A DNA stretch of 30,499 nucleotides. It comes from Catajapyx aquilonaris (taxonomy: Eukaryota). A model generated the notes under the pieces. That model was not told the origin of the DNA. It saw nothing but the letters and a program-made list of their open reading frames with translations, and made no database searches. The stretch covers positions 124,001-154,499 of the forward strand of contig KZ538026.1 of assembly GCA_000934665.2 (NCBI GenBank), written 5' to 3'. The position numbers and the translations under genes are program-made. Position 1 is the stretch's first letter; each line of letters starts with the position of its first letter. Positions 10,820 through 24,178 of this stretch are shown here, piece by piece.

Positions 10820-12816
10820 CCTAACCGATAGTATCAGCTGTCAGATGCAGAGCTGCTCGTTAGCCCCATATTCTATACCTGCTTTTCATCCACATAATGT
10901 GTGGTAATTACATTTCCTGCGCGTGGCGGAAGCGACAGCCCCCACAGGAGCTCAAACTGACCGAATTAATTCCACGGTTTATGTTCCTCAAAGCTGTTGA
11001 CCTCACGAATTGCGCACCTACATGGTACAAAATTGTATGGGGTCCAGAGCAATATATATTTTTTTTGCGAAAATTACATGTTTTACTAACAAGGACTGGT
11101 CCACTTCTTCACACAGAGAGTTCTGATTTTGTTTCTCCCAATTTTTTGGGGGGTCAAGTTCTCTGGTCCTGGCTGGAGTATTGTTGACCCAATATTAGGT
11201 ACCATTAAAAGTAAAGGGGGGGGGAAGCTTCTGCTTTCAATGGGGGTCCACATCACAACGAGCTGATGGAACAAGAGAGGCAAGCACACAGAGGACATCC
11301 TCTGAATAGGGGCTAGGGATAACCTTTTAGCTCCGAAAATCAAAACAACGTCCTATATACATTTTAGGTATCGACCTGGCCTGCAATGTAAGGCATATGC
11401 ATATGAATGCAACTAATACTGTTCATGTGGGTATTATGTGGGGCAAGGCCGACAAACACCAAAATTAATGCGCGGTAAAATCCAGCTCAAAACAGCAAGA
11501 GAGCAGAAAATTCATTGTTGCGTTTAGGTGTTATCTCACATGAAACAGTACTGTACTTGAGATTGTTAATTTAACCTAATGTATATTGAGAGAAGCCTCA
11601 AACTGCCCGAGATTAATTTTGGACGTCCAAACGACATTTTGGGGGCCAAACATGACGGGAAAGGATCATGACTGCCACATCGATAACCCAACTTTTGCTT
11701 CATCCGATGCACGCCACATCTGCCTATGATTGTGCCAATTGTGTTCACCAGTTCTCAGTCAGTAACCGCAATTTTTTTTGGTATTATTTACCAATACTTT
11801 TCAGCGCATTATACCACGAAGCCAAAAAGCATTGCAAGTCGTTGTGCACAAAAAAAGCTTTCATAATCCAAGCTACTGTTTATCTTGTCATCACAGTTTG
11901 TGCGTGAGATTAACACATCATCTCCCCAAGCATAATCACACGACGGCTTGTTTATTTCCTGGCCTTTATCAGGGCAGTGGCATAAAATGGTTTTTTTTGG
12001 AGGGGGGTCGAGCAGGTAAGGTCACAGAAAGCTTGAAGGGTACTCTGGGCGGTAATGGAGTCTGTGGGGGCCACTCGGAGATGAAAGCCTCTTTCTTGAT
12101 CCCAAACCTCCTTTGAAGGACAACATTCTAAAGGAAGGTTTCCTCTGGACCCAGAAGCATCAACTACCATCCGACCACTCCCGGCGAGCCCTTATCTCTT
12201 TAATGGGCCGCGAAACCCACCTCGCACTGTTGACCTCCAGCCTCCTTTTGTTTACAAGTCCATGCCAAAAGCTCTTTTCAAAACCAGAGGCATCAAATAC
12301 GGGAAACTGGAGGTGACACCCTTTAGAAAGTCCGAAATTAACTCCAGGCTTGTCGGCGGGGACAAACTTAACCAACAGCACTCTAGTAAGGTGAAGTTTA
12401 CAGGGATAAAACTTTGGCCTCCAAAAAAATATTGAAGCTACTGTCAAAACAGTCATGTCGATGTGTGGGATTTGTGGTGACCTGCCAATGTAATCCCAGT
12501 ATGGATTGTAACGGCTGGATTATTGACAGATTCGCAGCTTCATTGGTCATTTCGGGACGGCTTCAATGACCCCGAGTTATGGCTCGTGACAACCCCCATC
12601 AGATCACAGAAAAATCGGCCGTTAAACCAGTTTTACAGCTCTGGCTGTAAAAAAAAAGTTGGACTAATTGGAAAAAAGCTTCTAGGTATAAATCAGGGCC
12701 CGTAATATTCTTTTAACAGTTGTTCCAAGAAGGGTTGATGTGACCCAAGTCCATTCCCATTTGGTTTTAGAACCCAATGGCTACCCTGGGGATATTCGCG
12801 GTTTGGACGACTCGCA

Positions 12817-13066
12817 TGCTAATTATCCCAAGTCTGGACACCGACATGTTTTCGCAAATTCAATCCAAGACCCACAATAATTATATCAGCCTCACTGTCA
12901 AGTTCAACAACTCTCCCCATTCAAACTTTTAACTAAATGCAACACTTTGTGTGATTGCATGCAAAACCATATTATTGATGGCAATTTTTTTTACATTGCG
13001 GTTACGTCCACTCATTCCTGGAATATTATTGGTTCAATCCGCGGTAATTGGTTGGGATAATTGGCA
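12817..13066. repeat. Inverted repeat pair, probably a decayed MITE of about 260 bp
   Basis: TGCTAATTATCCCAA (12817-12831) and TTGGGATAATTGGCA (13052-13066) are 14/15 complementary. The right arm continues GTACTG, which reads CAGTACTGCCAA on the minus strand and resembles the CAGTGTTGCCAA ends. Confidence 0.35.
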
Positions 13067-15241
13067 GTACTGGAATCCATAGCACATGTTCGGACTGGAC
13101 AGGTAATCAAAAAATGACTAAAAAAGTGCGCACATGCTGCGTATAGAAACTTCGCTCACGTTTTCACTTACTAAAAATATCTTATTCGCAAAACCTGCAG
13201 TATATAGCACTGCTTTATATAGCATTGAAAAGTCGAATCCGCTGAAGCAGCAACGGCGCATTTTCGCGAGTGCTTGTCGAGCTTAATACCATGCCAGGAG
13301 AGCAATTGAAAATGAAGTACACTCTGAGCCACGATGACAACTATATTGCACACAAAAAAAATTATATTATAACATCTCCCATCGGTGGCCGAACTTATGG
13401 AATTATTTTCTCCTGAAGTATAATATTTCAGTTAATTCCGTCCCTTCGTGGGCTTGTATAAGCCGCTCAAAAATGAATGGAGAAGTAATCTTTGAAGCAC
13501 TGGGAGTTGGCCTGGCGCGGCTTTAAATTTCCCTAGAGCACAGGTAGGATCGGTTACCGATGACGAACGGTACTATTCATCGCACCGAATAAAAAAAGAT
13601 TTATCGTTGGTCCACTCTAGATATATGCCTCTGGGATGCTGCGTTGTAAATCAAGAGTCCTGGTGCGTGAAATGCTCCTAACTGCGACGAATTTTTTTTC
13701 CTTTCCGGTTCGTTGCTCTAAATAAATTATTTCGCAAACCAAACCAGGCAGTCGCGAGCAAAAGTTAACTAAACTGTAACCTGATGTAGAGAAATGTGAT
13801 CACGCAATAAATTTGGCAACATCATTACATTAATCATGCTAATTCCTGCGATCAAGTGGCTTGCAACAGTGTATATAGTCCACGCCTCATTTTCCATCGT
13901 GTCCTGCTGATGCTGTCCATCATGATTTAGCAAGCAGATATGCTGAAAAATAATTGGCTCCCTAATTTATTTTACCTGCACTGACTGACGATTATGTAAA
14001 GAGGAATAATGTAAGGGATAATAAAGTACTGCCAGGAAACTGATTTAATTGCCTGGTTTATTCTAAGAAAAAATTGTTGCACAAGTTTTAACCAGTAATG
14101 TTAACAATTTTGCATAACTGAGATTGTCCCTGGGTTCGAGCAACTTGTGGCTTTTATAACCCCAAATTTTCTCATGGACTAAGTTCGATATTATCAGGTC
14201 CTAATACTAATTAGGTCTTACCACACAGTGCAATAAATGACACCAAAATATGCAATCCTGGTTAACCTGCTCTAAAAAGAACACGTCACATATTAAGGCA
14301 ATTAAAAAAATTATTGACCACCATTTGGCTTTTAACCGACCAATCATTTTGAGGCCGTAAGTTGTACTAGTGCCCATTTAAACATGATTCTGACCCAGTT
14401 ATTTTAAAAGCGAGCATTAACTCCCATTCTAAATTTATACCCCGGTTTTTCATGCCCACTCAATCCGGACATGGCGTTATCTCTTCGGACGGTCCATTTA
14501 CCAAAACTGAGAGCCCCAATCCCGATTGATCAGAATTGAACACGAAGCATAAGCGCTGGTTATCTGGCGGCGTCCCGGATAATATTATCCTGATCCCTAG
14601 CAGCAGGGTCCAATGGGTTTTAAAAAAAAATCCGGGAGAGAGACGCGAGGGCTAATAGTTACCCCCGGATCCCCAAAACCGCGTTTAATTCCTTCGGGGG
14701 AAACTGGTGCAAATGGAAGCTGTCGAATCCGAATGCTGGGGACCCATTTCAAGCTCTAAGTCCGGGCCGATCTTTTGGGGATCAGGGTTATTTTTTTTGT
14801 ATGGTTGCCCCGACCTGATTTTGAAGGTTCAGATTGCTAGAGTGGACGATTCGGAGATATAAGTTCAGGACGACTTCCCGTGTGAGTCGCCCAATTATAT
14901 TTAAAGCTCTTTCAGCGTTTCAGGTCCCTATAATATATTTATCTCTGGAGTGTTGGCACTGAAAAGACGTCAAAACTTCCAACATCGTCTGGGGCATGGC
15001 ATTGCAAAGGAGTGAAACAACATGCACAGCGCGTTTGAAATAGCTCCTGAGACTACACTTTGAAAAACGGGGAGATTGTAGTACTGTAGGAGTGAAATGT
15101 TTGTTCTAATCCGACGAGTGGGGCACAAAAGCAACTGCTGAGATAATGAGCCCCCGCACTTCTCAACTATTTTCATTAATTTGAGGCATTTTTTTTTCTC
15201 TAGCTAAAAAGCGAATTCTCTTCGAGTCCCCCCCCCCCCCC

Positions 15242-15242
15242 N
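15242..15242. other. Assembly ambiguity/gap (single N after a poly-C run)
   Basis: The n directly follows a C homopolymer. The true distance across it is uncertain. Confidence 0.85.
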
Positions 15243-15989
15243 TGAAGAAGTTGAAGAGCGTTGGGTTTAGTGCTCCAAGGCAGCCACTCTACATTCTCCT
15301 GCGGCGCTGCCGTAGGGAAGTGGAATTTCCAATTACTGGGAAGTAGGATCCAGCAGCCCTTGCAACGGATGGAATGGAATGGACTGGGCCTTGAAAACTA
15401 CAGATAGAACCATCCCTTATAAACCACACCCCTCAAAAAGTCATGCCTTCTCCAAAAAAAAAATTCGATCGTCTCCATGAGAAAACGCCCCCCCATTGTA
15501 CGTTTTTCCGCCTCCATTGAAGCCCGGAAAATCTCCTGCTGACTTGGCTCAATCTCGACACCGGAAGCTCATTGTATGTAATGAATACGTCAGCATGTGT
15601 ATAGCAAAGCTGCGATGACATGTACGATATTAATCATCAAAAGTCGCTTCCCTCCAATAACTCATATGGAAGAATAGACGCGCTCTAATAATATTTCCAG
15701 GTTCCGAAGCCAGCGAAAGGGCTCTTGGGATGTAACAACAAATGACTACATAATCGATGGGTAGAGTGCCGCACTGCAACCTCATGTGGGGGACCAAGGC
15801 CTCCCCCCTCGAGGCACTAGACAATTTGTGTCCGTGATTTATTGCCTGCTAATGAGGCTGTAAGTACATGTGCCCTGAAACCACCTTTCGCCATTATCTT
15901 TCATATAACCGCGGAGAGAGGCCCGAGGTATTTGCCACTTTATTTCCGTTCGCACCGAGCGAGGAAAACCAAATTAACTCTGCCAGATT

Positions 15990-15990
15990 N
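15990..15990. other. Assembly ambiguity/gap (single N before a poly-C run)
   Basis: The n directly precedes a C homopolymer. Confidence 0.85.
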
Positions 15991-18900
15991 CCCCCCCCCC
16001 TCATCGTCACTTTTTTTTTAACAAAATAATCTGAGGGACGAAAAGTTACAATTTACACAAAGTTTCAGGTTTGAAAACTTTCCGGGCAGGGAAAAGCGCT
16101 CTGTATGCATAGGAGCTGACGACGCCAGTTACCTCTCTCAGTCGCGCCTCGTCTTTGCTCATTTCTCGTCACATTCTAATCCAATCCACACCGCCATGGC
16201 TCATCAGCCTGCGTAATAATTAGAGCAGAGTCCACTAGCTTGATAGCACCTGCGCAATAGTCCAAAGATTGTTACGAATGGACCAGCAACAGTGCATTTG
16301 CCATCAGCCTGTTTGCGCAACAATATGGCGGATATAAAGTGAAAAAATAGTACACTTTCTAATCTCTCCGGCGCTCTAATTAAAATTCGACCTATATCAC
16401 ATGCTTGTTCAATTACCACCAGCCAAGCGCACACATCACAGCTCATTTCGCAGCACAACCCAAGTAAATGTTATCATAACCATCTAATAGCACAAACATT
16501 ATTTTTCTAGGGGGGAGGAACTGAAACTACTCAGTTAATTGTTGTGTTTTATGCAGTGCACGAAGGTTCACTTACAATAGTTTAAATCGACAATTTTTAT
16601 TCGTAACCTTATCCAGATAGACGGACAGGTTTAGAGTGATTGGAGTGCACACACGAGTTGCAGCAAACGGTTCCGCAGCATCACACCCCAAATTTATACA
16701 GTGGGGGGGCCAACTTAGCATCCCAGGCATGCTGGCCACAGTTGCGTAAAACAGCCCCTAACTTCCATACCATTCCAGGTTCTGCATCAGACCACGGGGG
16801 CACGCCTCGGGGACCATTTGTAATTAATAACCGTCGTTTTCGAGGGGGAGGTTTGTGCGAGCTCGACAACCGCGTTGCATAACCCTGGAAAACCGGGGTA
16901 CTATAGTTGCGACAAGAGTGAAAAACCCTGGGTTGATTTTAAATCGAGTGAGAAAAGTTTGGCAAGTGCATTTTGATGTGAAAGTTATCCTCATTTCGGA
17001 CAAGGAGCACACAATTACTTTATGAGATTGGAAGGGGAAAAGGGCTTCTTTTTGTTCGGCTAACTTTTAAATTAGTCATCTTTCGACTTTCTTGCAAGCC
17101 CGGAGACCGATCTTCTGCACCTTATTAAATACTAAAAAGATGGGGTTTGCGCTCTGTCTCCCTTCTGAAACTTTTATCCCCCCCAAAAAATGTGCAGTCG
17201 ACATAAGGCACGCGGCACAGATTGGAGTGCCCATTAATGTCAATAGTTAATGGTGGCATTGCCTGAAAGGCATTGCACTTTAATTATTTTGTGTACTCTT
17301 CATTATTGATTGCATTTCGAACTGGTACAGAACTACAAAGTGATCCGTGACGCTACATTTTACATACAAAAATCTCGGATTAATTGTAGCCAACAATTGA
17401 TGATCAACTTCAGTGTTGCAATTATTAACAGAGCCATCATAAAGTCAAATGCTGTGCTAGCATAAAAAGCCACATACTATCGCATTCAAATTAATGCAAG
17501 TTGATCCCTCACACGTATATAAAATGGGGACCTCCAATTTCCACAGCTTCACATGCAAAATATGGGTCGGATCAACGCACTTTTCCGGCCATTGGCGTTT
17601 CCCAGATTATTTGGCCAAAAAAAAAATTTGCTGGTCCGGATAATGTTGATCTTACGAATCAGTAACGAGAGTTGGAACCACATTGCAAAAACCGAATTAT
17701 ACGGCCTGGGCTAGTCGGAGCGGAAAAGTCTCTCCTTTCCATGTCGCGCAATGACTGTGTGCTAATTTTGTGTAGTGCACAACAAGCGTGTCCGGCAGCC
17801 CAGGGATTTTCGTCGAGGTGCTAATGCCCCTGCATTGTCCGCGGCTTTGTCACCGGCCAATGAAATTATAACGGCAACGCGGCTAAACAAGTCGCGAACC
17901 TCTCTCGCACAAAACCCCCACCGGCCACTTATTAACTTTTGACGAATTGCATATATTTTTTACAAAAAAAAAACGCTGCTGACTCGTCCAATGCTGCAGA
18001 AAAATTGGACACAAACATCAGCAACTGTAAAAAAGGCAGGAATGTTTATTTTATGAGAATTGCTTTTAAACTACACACGACAGGTTTAATTTTTTGCTGG
18101 TCATTCCCTGCCATTTGCTCTGCCAGTCCTCTCAGGATTTAAACCAACCCACGAAAAGCAATTCCGTCGTCAACTGCTGGTCCACCCGAATCTGCAAAGC
18201 ATGTGAATTCATCAGGGGTTGTCCCCTCGTCCGCATTCTGAAGTCCTTCGCTGCCTTTAATTGTCTGTCTTTGTGGTCCGAACAGACGTCCATTAAATTG
18301 GGGGTAGAGCTATAGGAGTAGCAGCCAAGTCCACTGGTCTGTGTGAGGTTCTTTCTCTCTCTGACCGAACGAAGCAATCAAGAAACACAGGTGATGGCAG
18401 CCTCACAATGGTCTCTTCTCCGTCGGATTGAACCGGACCAATTATTTCCACTCGGAAATCACCAACTGGATCGATTCTTAGTGTATAAGCACACATGCGA
18501 GAAATACTCTGAATCCTGTCTTGCAAAATTAATTGCACATCATCATCATCGACATATTTCCCTATACAAAGGGTGGTCAGCGAATAACGATAAATTTAAA
18601 TTGCACAATAGGTTTAAATTCAACCAATTGATTAAAATACAAGCGCAGCAGTGACAATATCGCTGCTATTCAATATTAGGCCCAAAACTGCTGATCAAGC
18701 GCTGAACCAACATCGACCGAATTGTGTTGATAACACATATTCCATGCAGAAATTGTGCAAATATTTACGCCGCATTCACACAAAGCCGTTGCTCCGAAAA
18801 CAGCAGCGCAGGCCCTTCAGTCCCCCACCCCAAAAGGGCAGTTTATGCGGAACTATTCACCAAAAAAAATATGGAAGGTTGGTAGGGGATGCTGTGTCCC

Positions 18901-21900
18901 TAAAGAATTTTCAGCGAGGTCCGGAAACCCTCATGAGAAATTAGTGTGTCGGTATCATCCATCTCTTTAATTCCATCTCGGCCATTCTGTCCTGGGAACA
19001 CTTTTCTATGACCCGGTTTTTTTTCCTCTCCTAGTTTTTTTTCGTCATATTTATGCCTCCTACGCTATGGATTGGTGTTTTTCTCCTCCCCTTGAACTTT
19101 ACCACCACGGAAAAATTTCCATATTGGAAGCTGTGAAAGAGACGGCTTCTTCCTCTTCTTCTTTTTTTTTTTGAAGCGACAAAAAGGACGGTGTGGTTGT
19201 AGAGAAAAAAAGAGAAGAAAAGAGGAAGGACTTTGACATCAATTATTCAACCTGGTTTTTTTTCCTTGTGTAAAAAAAAAGGGGGGGGGGGGTCGTTCAT
19301 CAGGAACGGAAGCATGCCCGTGAGGACCGCAATCTGGGAAAATTCGATGTCCGTTGGGGAAAACTACTCCGAAGACAAACTGCAGGCTGGCAAATGGTTT
19401 TAGGATCAAGTTTAGACCGCTGACTTTGCATCATATTCTTCCCAAAAGACTCGAAATTGTAACAAACGGGCAACTTAATATCATCAGCTAATATGTTCAA
19501 AAGTAAATAAGCAGCTTAAGTGTATGAACTATGGCATTGCATTTGCATTTCGCACATCAATTTATTGCAATTGCGGCTACAATAATGCGCCCAGTGCAAG
19601 ACCGCTGAATTTTTATGCCATTAAAACGACACATTTATAATAACAGTGAGTTTAGCGAAGGTGATTAATATTAGATCTGACCCGATGGTGCTTCGCGGTA
19701 ATCGTGGCGTATTATCACTATTTGGTTGTGAAACCGCAATGTGACATCCATTTAGCAAATTGATGCAAGTGTAAACAATACAGCAGGGGGGCAGAGTGAA
19801 CAATATGGTCGCATTTGTAGGTTTGAAATCGGGATGAAAAAAAAATATATGTGGGCGGGCTATTCATCAGAGCTGGCCCAATAATTATTATTTCAGTTTG
19901 ATTCACTCGCCACTTTAAGCCTCTATTGTCCCTGTTAATGCCTGAGTCAACTGTTCTGTTATTCATATATTGTTGTCGAGTTCATACAACGGGATTTTGG
20001 AGCAGGTTGTGTGCAAAAGGCCCTCAGGACAAAACGCTTCATTTTTCTGGTTTTACACAATGGCAAACCAATTGTTAACATTTACCCAAGTTGGCATTGC
20101 TTTTGTTGGAAGCGACTTGAGAGCCAACTGGTGAGACGCTAAAGACGCTTTGGCCTCTGAGTGCCCAAGTTTCCGTCTGCCATAAAAACGGCCCACTCTC
20201 TCAGAGGATGTGACCACATGATCCCAGCAACAACACGATCTTTCCATCCACCCTACTGGATACTCCATCGCACCAGAGACCTTCGCCATTCTGACATGGA
20301 AACCGACGCAACTTGATACGTTATGCTCGATCAAATTTATTGCGGTCAGAGTGGCGGTTGAACATGATTCTCCCATCGAGGCAGGTATAGCCAAAAAGGG
20401 GGGGTGGTCGGTGGGGGGAGGATGATGGGAGTCTGGGGGGGTTGGGACCAGAGTAAAGTTAGTAGGTCGGAATCATTTTATTGACCGTCCCTGGAAACTG
20501 GATATATGTAGGACCCGAAGGGTAATCTCAGTCACCTTTTCGGTTCATTATATCCGCTGACATGCATACCCGGGCAGTTCACTATGCGCTGCGACATTCG
20601 CCATCATAAGCAGACTAAAAGGATTTGGAGAATGTTGAGTGATGACGGGTATGCACAGTAAATGCATCGTGGCCGTAGCGTCCGATGAGCATGAAGCAGC
20701 CAAATTGTGACAATAATGGTTGGGGGTTATAAGCGAGGCATCGTCGTCATTAGATATATGAAAAATTGACACAGACAAAAATTACTCTCCTTCGCTTCAT
20801 TGCCAATCCTTCCTTCGCCATTTGTGGCAGCCTAGATGTCAAAGCAGGTGGCGATAGCACGTCGTCAACACCATAGCATGAAACACATGCCCTCCAGCAA
20901 TGTACTAGGCGGCCATATCGATTCAAAACCAGAGCCTCAGGCCCTATATAACCCAATGCTGTATTATGATACACGCACATAGCGCACTAAATCGAGCGAG
21001 GACAATGCGCATACATTGCAGATATTAAGTTGGAAACAATGTTCTGCAGCTAGTTGGTAGGGCAGACAATCCGTGACTTGGACAGTACACCACCCTGTAC
21101 AGAACGACCAGAGAGAGTGTGTGTGCTGGGAGAGGGAAGAGAAGGAAATAACACCAAATATGGCGAGAGATGGAGGAAAGTGGGTATCAAAGGGTGAACA
21201 ATGGAGGAGGGGAGAGGATGGGGGAGGATATAATGGAATAGGCAGAGAGGGAAATTGGAAAGGGGGGGGGGAGGAGGATCAAAGGGACGCAAAGAGGGAG
21301 GCATAGAAACCGCCTTTACATGCTCTTGTCTTCGCAGCAGGAGACTATTGTCCTGTGCGCCCTTTCCAACTTTCATGACTAAAACTTTTAAACAAAAGGT
21401 CACTCCAACACGCAGCGATTGCTATAGACAAAAAATGCAGAATATTGTTATCGATCATGTAGCTGCTACTTTATGTTCTCTCCGTGTTCGTGCGGATTCT
21501 CTTATTAGCATCTGGGTCCATAGCAGCCGATTGAAGCCGATTGAGAGACAGGTGAGTGGCCGAATGTCCCCAGGTGATTTACCTAAATAACAAGGCGGAC
21601 ATGACGTTAATGGGCTCGGCTCGGGTTACGCGCGGAGTCCGATACTGTAGAGGCGGTTGTGGACACAAAGGCTTCTCTGGGGGCCCTCCAGCAGCCGGGC
21701 TAACAGGAACAATCCTTCTTAGCCGCAGGTCTCTCCAGGTACACAATAACAAGAGCAGTCTGCGGACACTGCCCCTGTATATATAACGTTGCATAACAGA
21801 CGGAACCCGCCAAGGAAGATCCTGTTTCGGATGTGGTTCCTCCTGCTGGCCAAGATTAGCCTCATTAAACACCATCTCTGTGCTATTCCATTTGCTTAAA

Positions 21901-23814
21901 TGGCCAGGCTGCCTACAGCTTTTTGTAGGAAAACTTGACTCCCAGGAAAGGGCGTGTGTATTTTTTGGGGGGAAGTATGTACAAGACGGGTGGGCCAAGT
22001 TAAACAAAGGCTGGAAAGAGTAAAGATGTCGACGTCACTTGAAGGGAAGAGTAACTCATTCCTGTCAATCGCATGTCTCCATATCTGGATGATCCGACAG
22101 TGTGCTAAAAATCATCGCATGCCAGATTTTACGGAATGATATCATTTTTCACAAATGAAAATAATCTGCAAAATTATGCAGCTGTCTCTAATATTCAGTT
22201 CTTTTAAACCGAAAGAAAACTCTGATATTTTTAGTATAATCCTTCCGCTTCTTTTTTTATGAAGATATTACTTTACACTTTTCGCTTGGTAATCCTTTTC
22301 GCCCAGAATACTGAAAACGACGCGTCTGAACAGATAATTATTACGTTCCTCCCTCCATAAGCTCCTTTTCATCGCAGATTTAAATTTTCCGGCCGTATCA
22401 CGTAACATCAGGAGTTTCACCCCCTCCTCCCAATGCATAACATTATTATAGGCGCTCCCCAACTTTATCTTTCAACACAAGTTAGCAAAGTTCCCCCCAC
22501 AACGCGGTAAAGTCCATTAATAGAGGAGGATATAGGTTTTTGCAATCTATTCTACGCCGCCAGGAGATCCAAGCAAGCCATGCACACACTATATAAAAAA
22601 AAGTGAGAGGCTAATATGTGAAATAAGTGTTTCAACACGCTCCTGTAACCCACATGCAGCTGCTGATGTCACATTCAGGGCGATTTATGAGTTTGGACGC
22701 ATATGAAGAACTTTGCAACAGGCTAATCCGCGTAATTAGTTTGGGTTTGGGAAGGGGGGGGGAGTGCAGGAATAATGAAGTGTATGGGCTTCCATGCTAT
22801 GGGTTGATGGAAGAAAAGCAAGGCCAGTGTAGTGTTCCTCCAGCCTCAGGAAGATACAGGGTCCGATGCAAGCAACTTGTTATGCCAACCTCGGTCCATT
22901 AAAACCAAGGCCTTGTTAAAACCGAGGCCAGTCCACTGCTGTAATCGAGGGTTTAATTAGGCGGAGGGCATGTTCATTAAGAGGGCTTGAAGAGTTCGAT
23001 CAGGGCCATTCGATAAAAGGTCACTATTCCTGAGGAAATCTTATTATTTGGAAAAGGCTCATTATTGGGCGGGGTATATATATTTTTTTCAATCGGTCTA
23101 GTTGCTAACGAACTGTGGGATGAGTGGTGGGAAGAAAGGAATTGGAGGAAAAAATTAACGATCGAACAGACGAATTTGTACTTGGGTTTTTCTCAGCTCT
23201 AATTAGATTCGCTGGGGGTAATTTAATATTGCTGAAATATCGGTCGGAAATCCTAGTTTTTTGTTCCGCAATTTTTTTTGCCATACTATGGATTTCAACA
23301 GCGATGGACGGATGTAAAAAAAATGTAATTTTCTCATTGCTGTAAGCTGCATACTGTAAAGCCTTTTGCAGCTTTCCTCAACCGACTTTTTGATCCTCCT
23401 TTTGAACACCTTATATCGAACGCAATGCGACCTTTAATTTGGAAAATGGTTTACGCGAAGAAAAGGTTCACTGCATCAAAAGGAATCTCTAATACTCCAT
23501 AATGCACCTTCTGTATATTGCAAACAGCTGCGGAAGTTCTGTTACTGGCTTGTGATTTGAAAACTGTGGAATAAATATGTTTATGATATCCTTTAATCAA
23601 ACAGGCAGGTTTTTGGACTCCCTCAGTTGAAACAAGCTGAACTTTTCAGGTTCTGGCGCCAACTTGGCCGTCCTTTCCCTCACCGTTTCCAATCCCCGCG
23701 ATAAATAATTCAATAGTGAGCGTCTTCATCTTGCCCGCGGTAGGAAATTATAGAAGGCTGAGCAAAGTGGGAATCAAGAGGAAGGCGAGTCACATTCCTC
23801 AAGGCCTTCTACCA

Positions 23815-23829
23815 ACTACTACTACTACT
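23815..23829 (+). repeat. (ACT)5 short tandem repeat
   Basis: ACTACTACTACTACT. Confidence 0.8.
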
Positions 23830-24062
23830 CTCTACTACTCCCCCGCAAAAGCACTCAGCCCTAGATCGATGGAAACTTGCTTGAGACATCTCCCAAAAAC
23901 TGTTCAGCCTCACCATCAAACCGACAACCATCTCTGCTTCTCTCCTCGACCTTTTTTTTTTTCTTCTTCTTCCCCTCCCCTTCGAAACCGAGGCACAGAG
24001 TGATTAAAGGCACACTTGGAAAGAGAAGGAGAGGAAATATGGGTAGGGCTTTGGTCCCTTAC

Positions 24063-24117
24063 CTTTCACTGCACTCAGCTGGTTGCCGACCATCTGCTTG
24101 GCGATGAAAGCCGCCAT
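24063..24117 (-). CDS. cpx: Complexin (synaphin), first coding exon (N-terminal 18 codons + 1 nt; partial CDS, remainder not found in window)
   Basis: Minus strand reads ATG GCG GCT TTC ATC GCC AAG CAG ATG GTC GGC AAC CAG CTG AGT GCA GTG AAA G|GTAAGG = MAAFIAKQMVGNQLSAVK(G). This matches the Drosophila complexin N-terminus as I recall it (not searched). Start context CCACA-ATG-G has A at -3 and G at +4. An in-frame TAA lies 15 nt upstream. A phase-1 donor starts at 24062. Confidence 0.95.
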
Positions 24118-24178
24118 TGTGGTTCCCCTTTACGCTTCACTCAAGTAATGCGACACCAATTCACAAAGGCGATGCTGT
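24118..24178 (-). other. cpx: 5' UTR portion of the complexin start exon
   Basis: Lies between the acceptor CCCCCTTTTCTCCTTGATTGCAG (AG at 24180-24179) and the ATG at 24117. It contains no ATG. The acceptor implies at least one further upstream exon. Confidence 0.8.

Larger units (their letters stand above)
1..24062 (-). other. Large intron of complexin (at least 24 kb, runs off the window start)
   Basis: Begins with AAG|GTAAGG at 24062. By-eye scanning found no downstream exon encoding the expected Gly/Asp linker, the E/K/R-rich accessory and central helices, or the IRDKY motif. A very short microexon could have been missed. Confidence 0.75.

Noticed and set aside
12113..12316. ORF starting ...ILKEGFLW, reminiscent of a PH-domain first strand
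   Set aside because: The rest of the frame has no PH features, and there are no good flanking splice sites.
12366..12390. Minus-strand AGTGCTGTTG, which nearly encodes the G-A-V-G residues following the first cpx exon (possible 9-nt microexon)
   Set aside because: The flanking AGs give 8 or 10 nt rather than 9, the donor would be GTTAAG, and the polypyrimidine tract is weak.
17204..17215. TAAGGCACGCGG, identical to the first 12 nt of miR-124
   Set aside because: The sequence diverges immediately afterwards (CACAG instead of TGAATGCC), and there is no complementary 5' arm for a precursor hairpin.
18132..18538. Compositionally balanced stretch with overlapping 73-103 aa ORFs (possible decayed transposon coding sequence)
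   Set aside because: I recognise no RT, integrase or transposase motif in any frame. BLASTX or Dfam would be needed to say more.
21509..21557. Plus-strand mini-exon candidate encoding IWVHSSRLKPIERQ with a CAG|GTGAGT donor
   Set aside because: It is antisense to cpx with no partner exons found, and its similarity to integrase C-terminal motifs is too short to be meaningful.
21575..21605. Minus-strand CCGCCTTGTTATTTAG|GTAAAT as a recursive splice site in the cpx intron
   Set aside because: The donor half lacks +5 G and the pyrimidine tract is short. Such matches are expected by chance in 24 kb.
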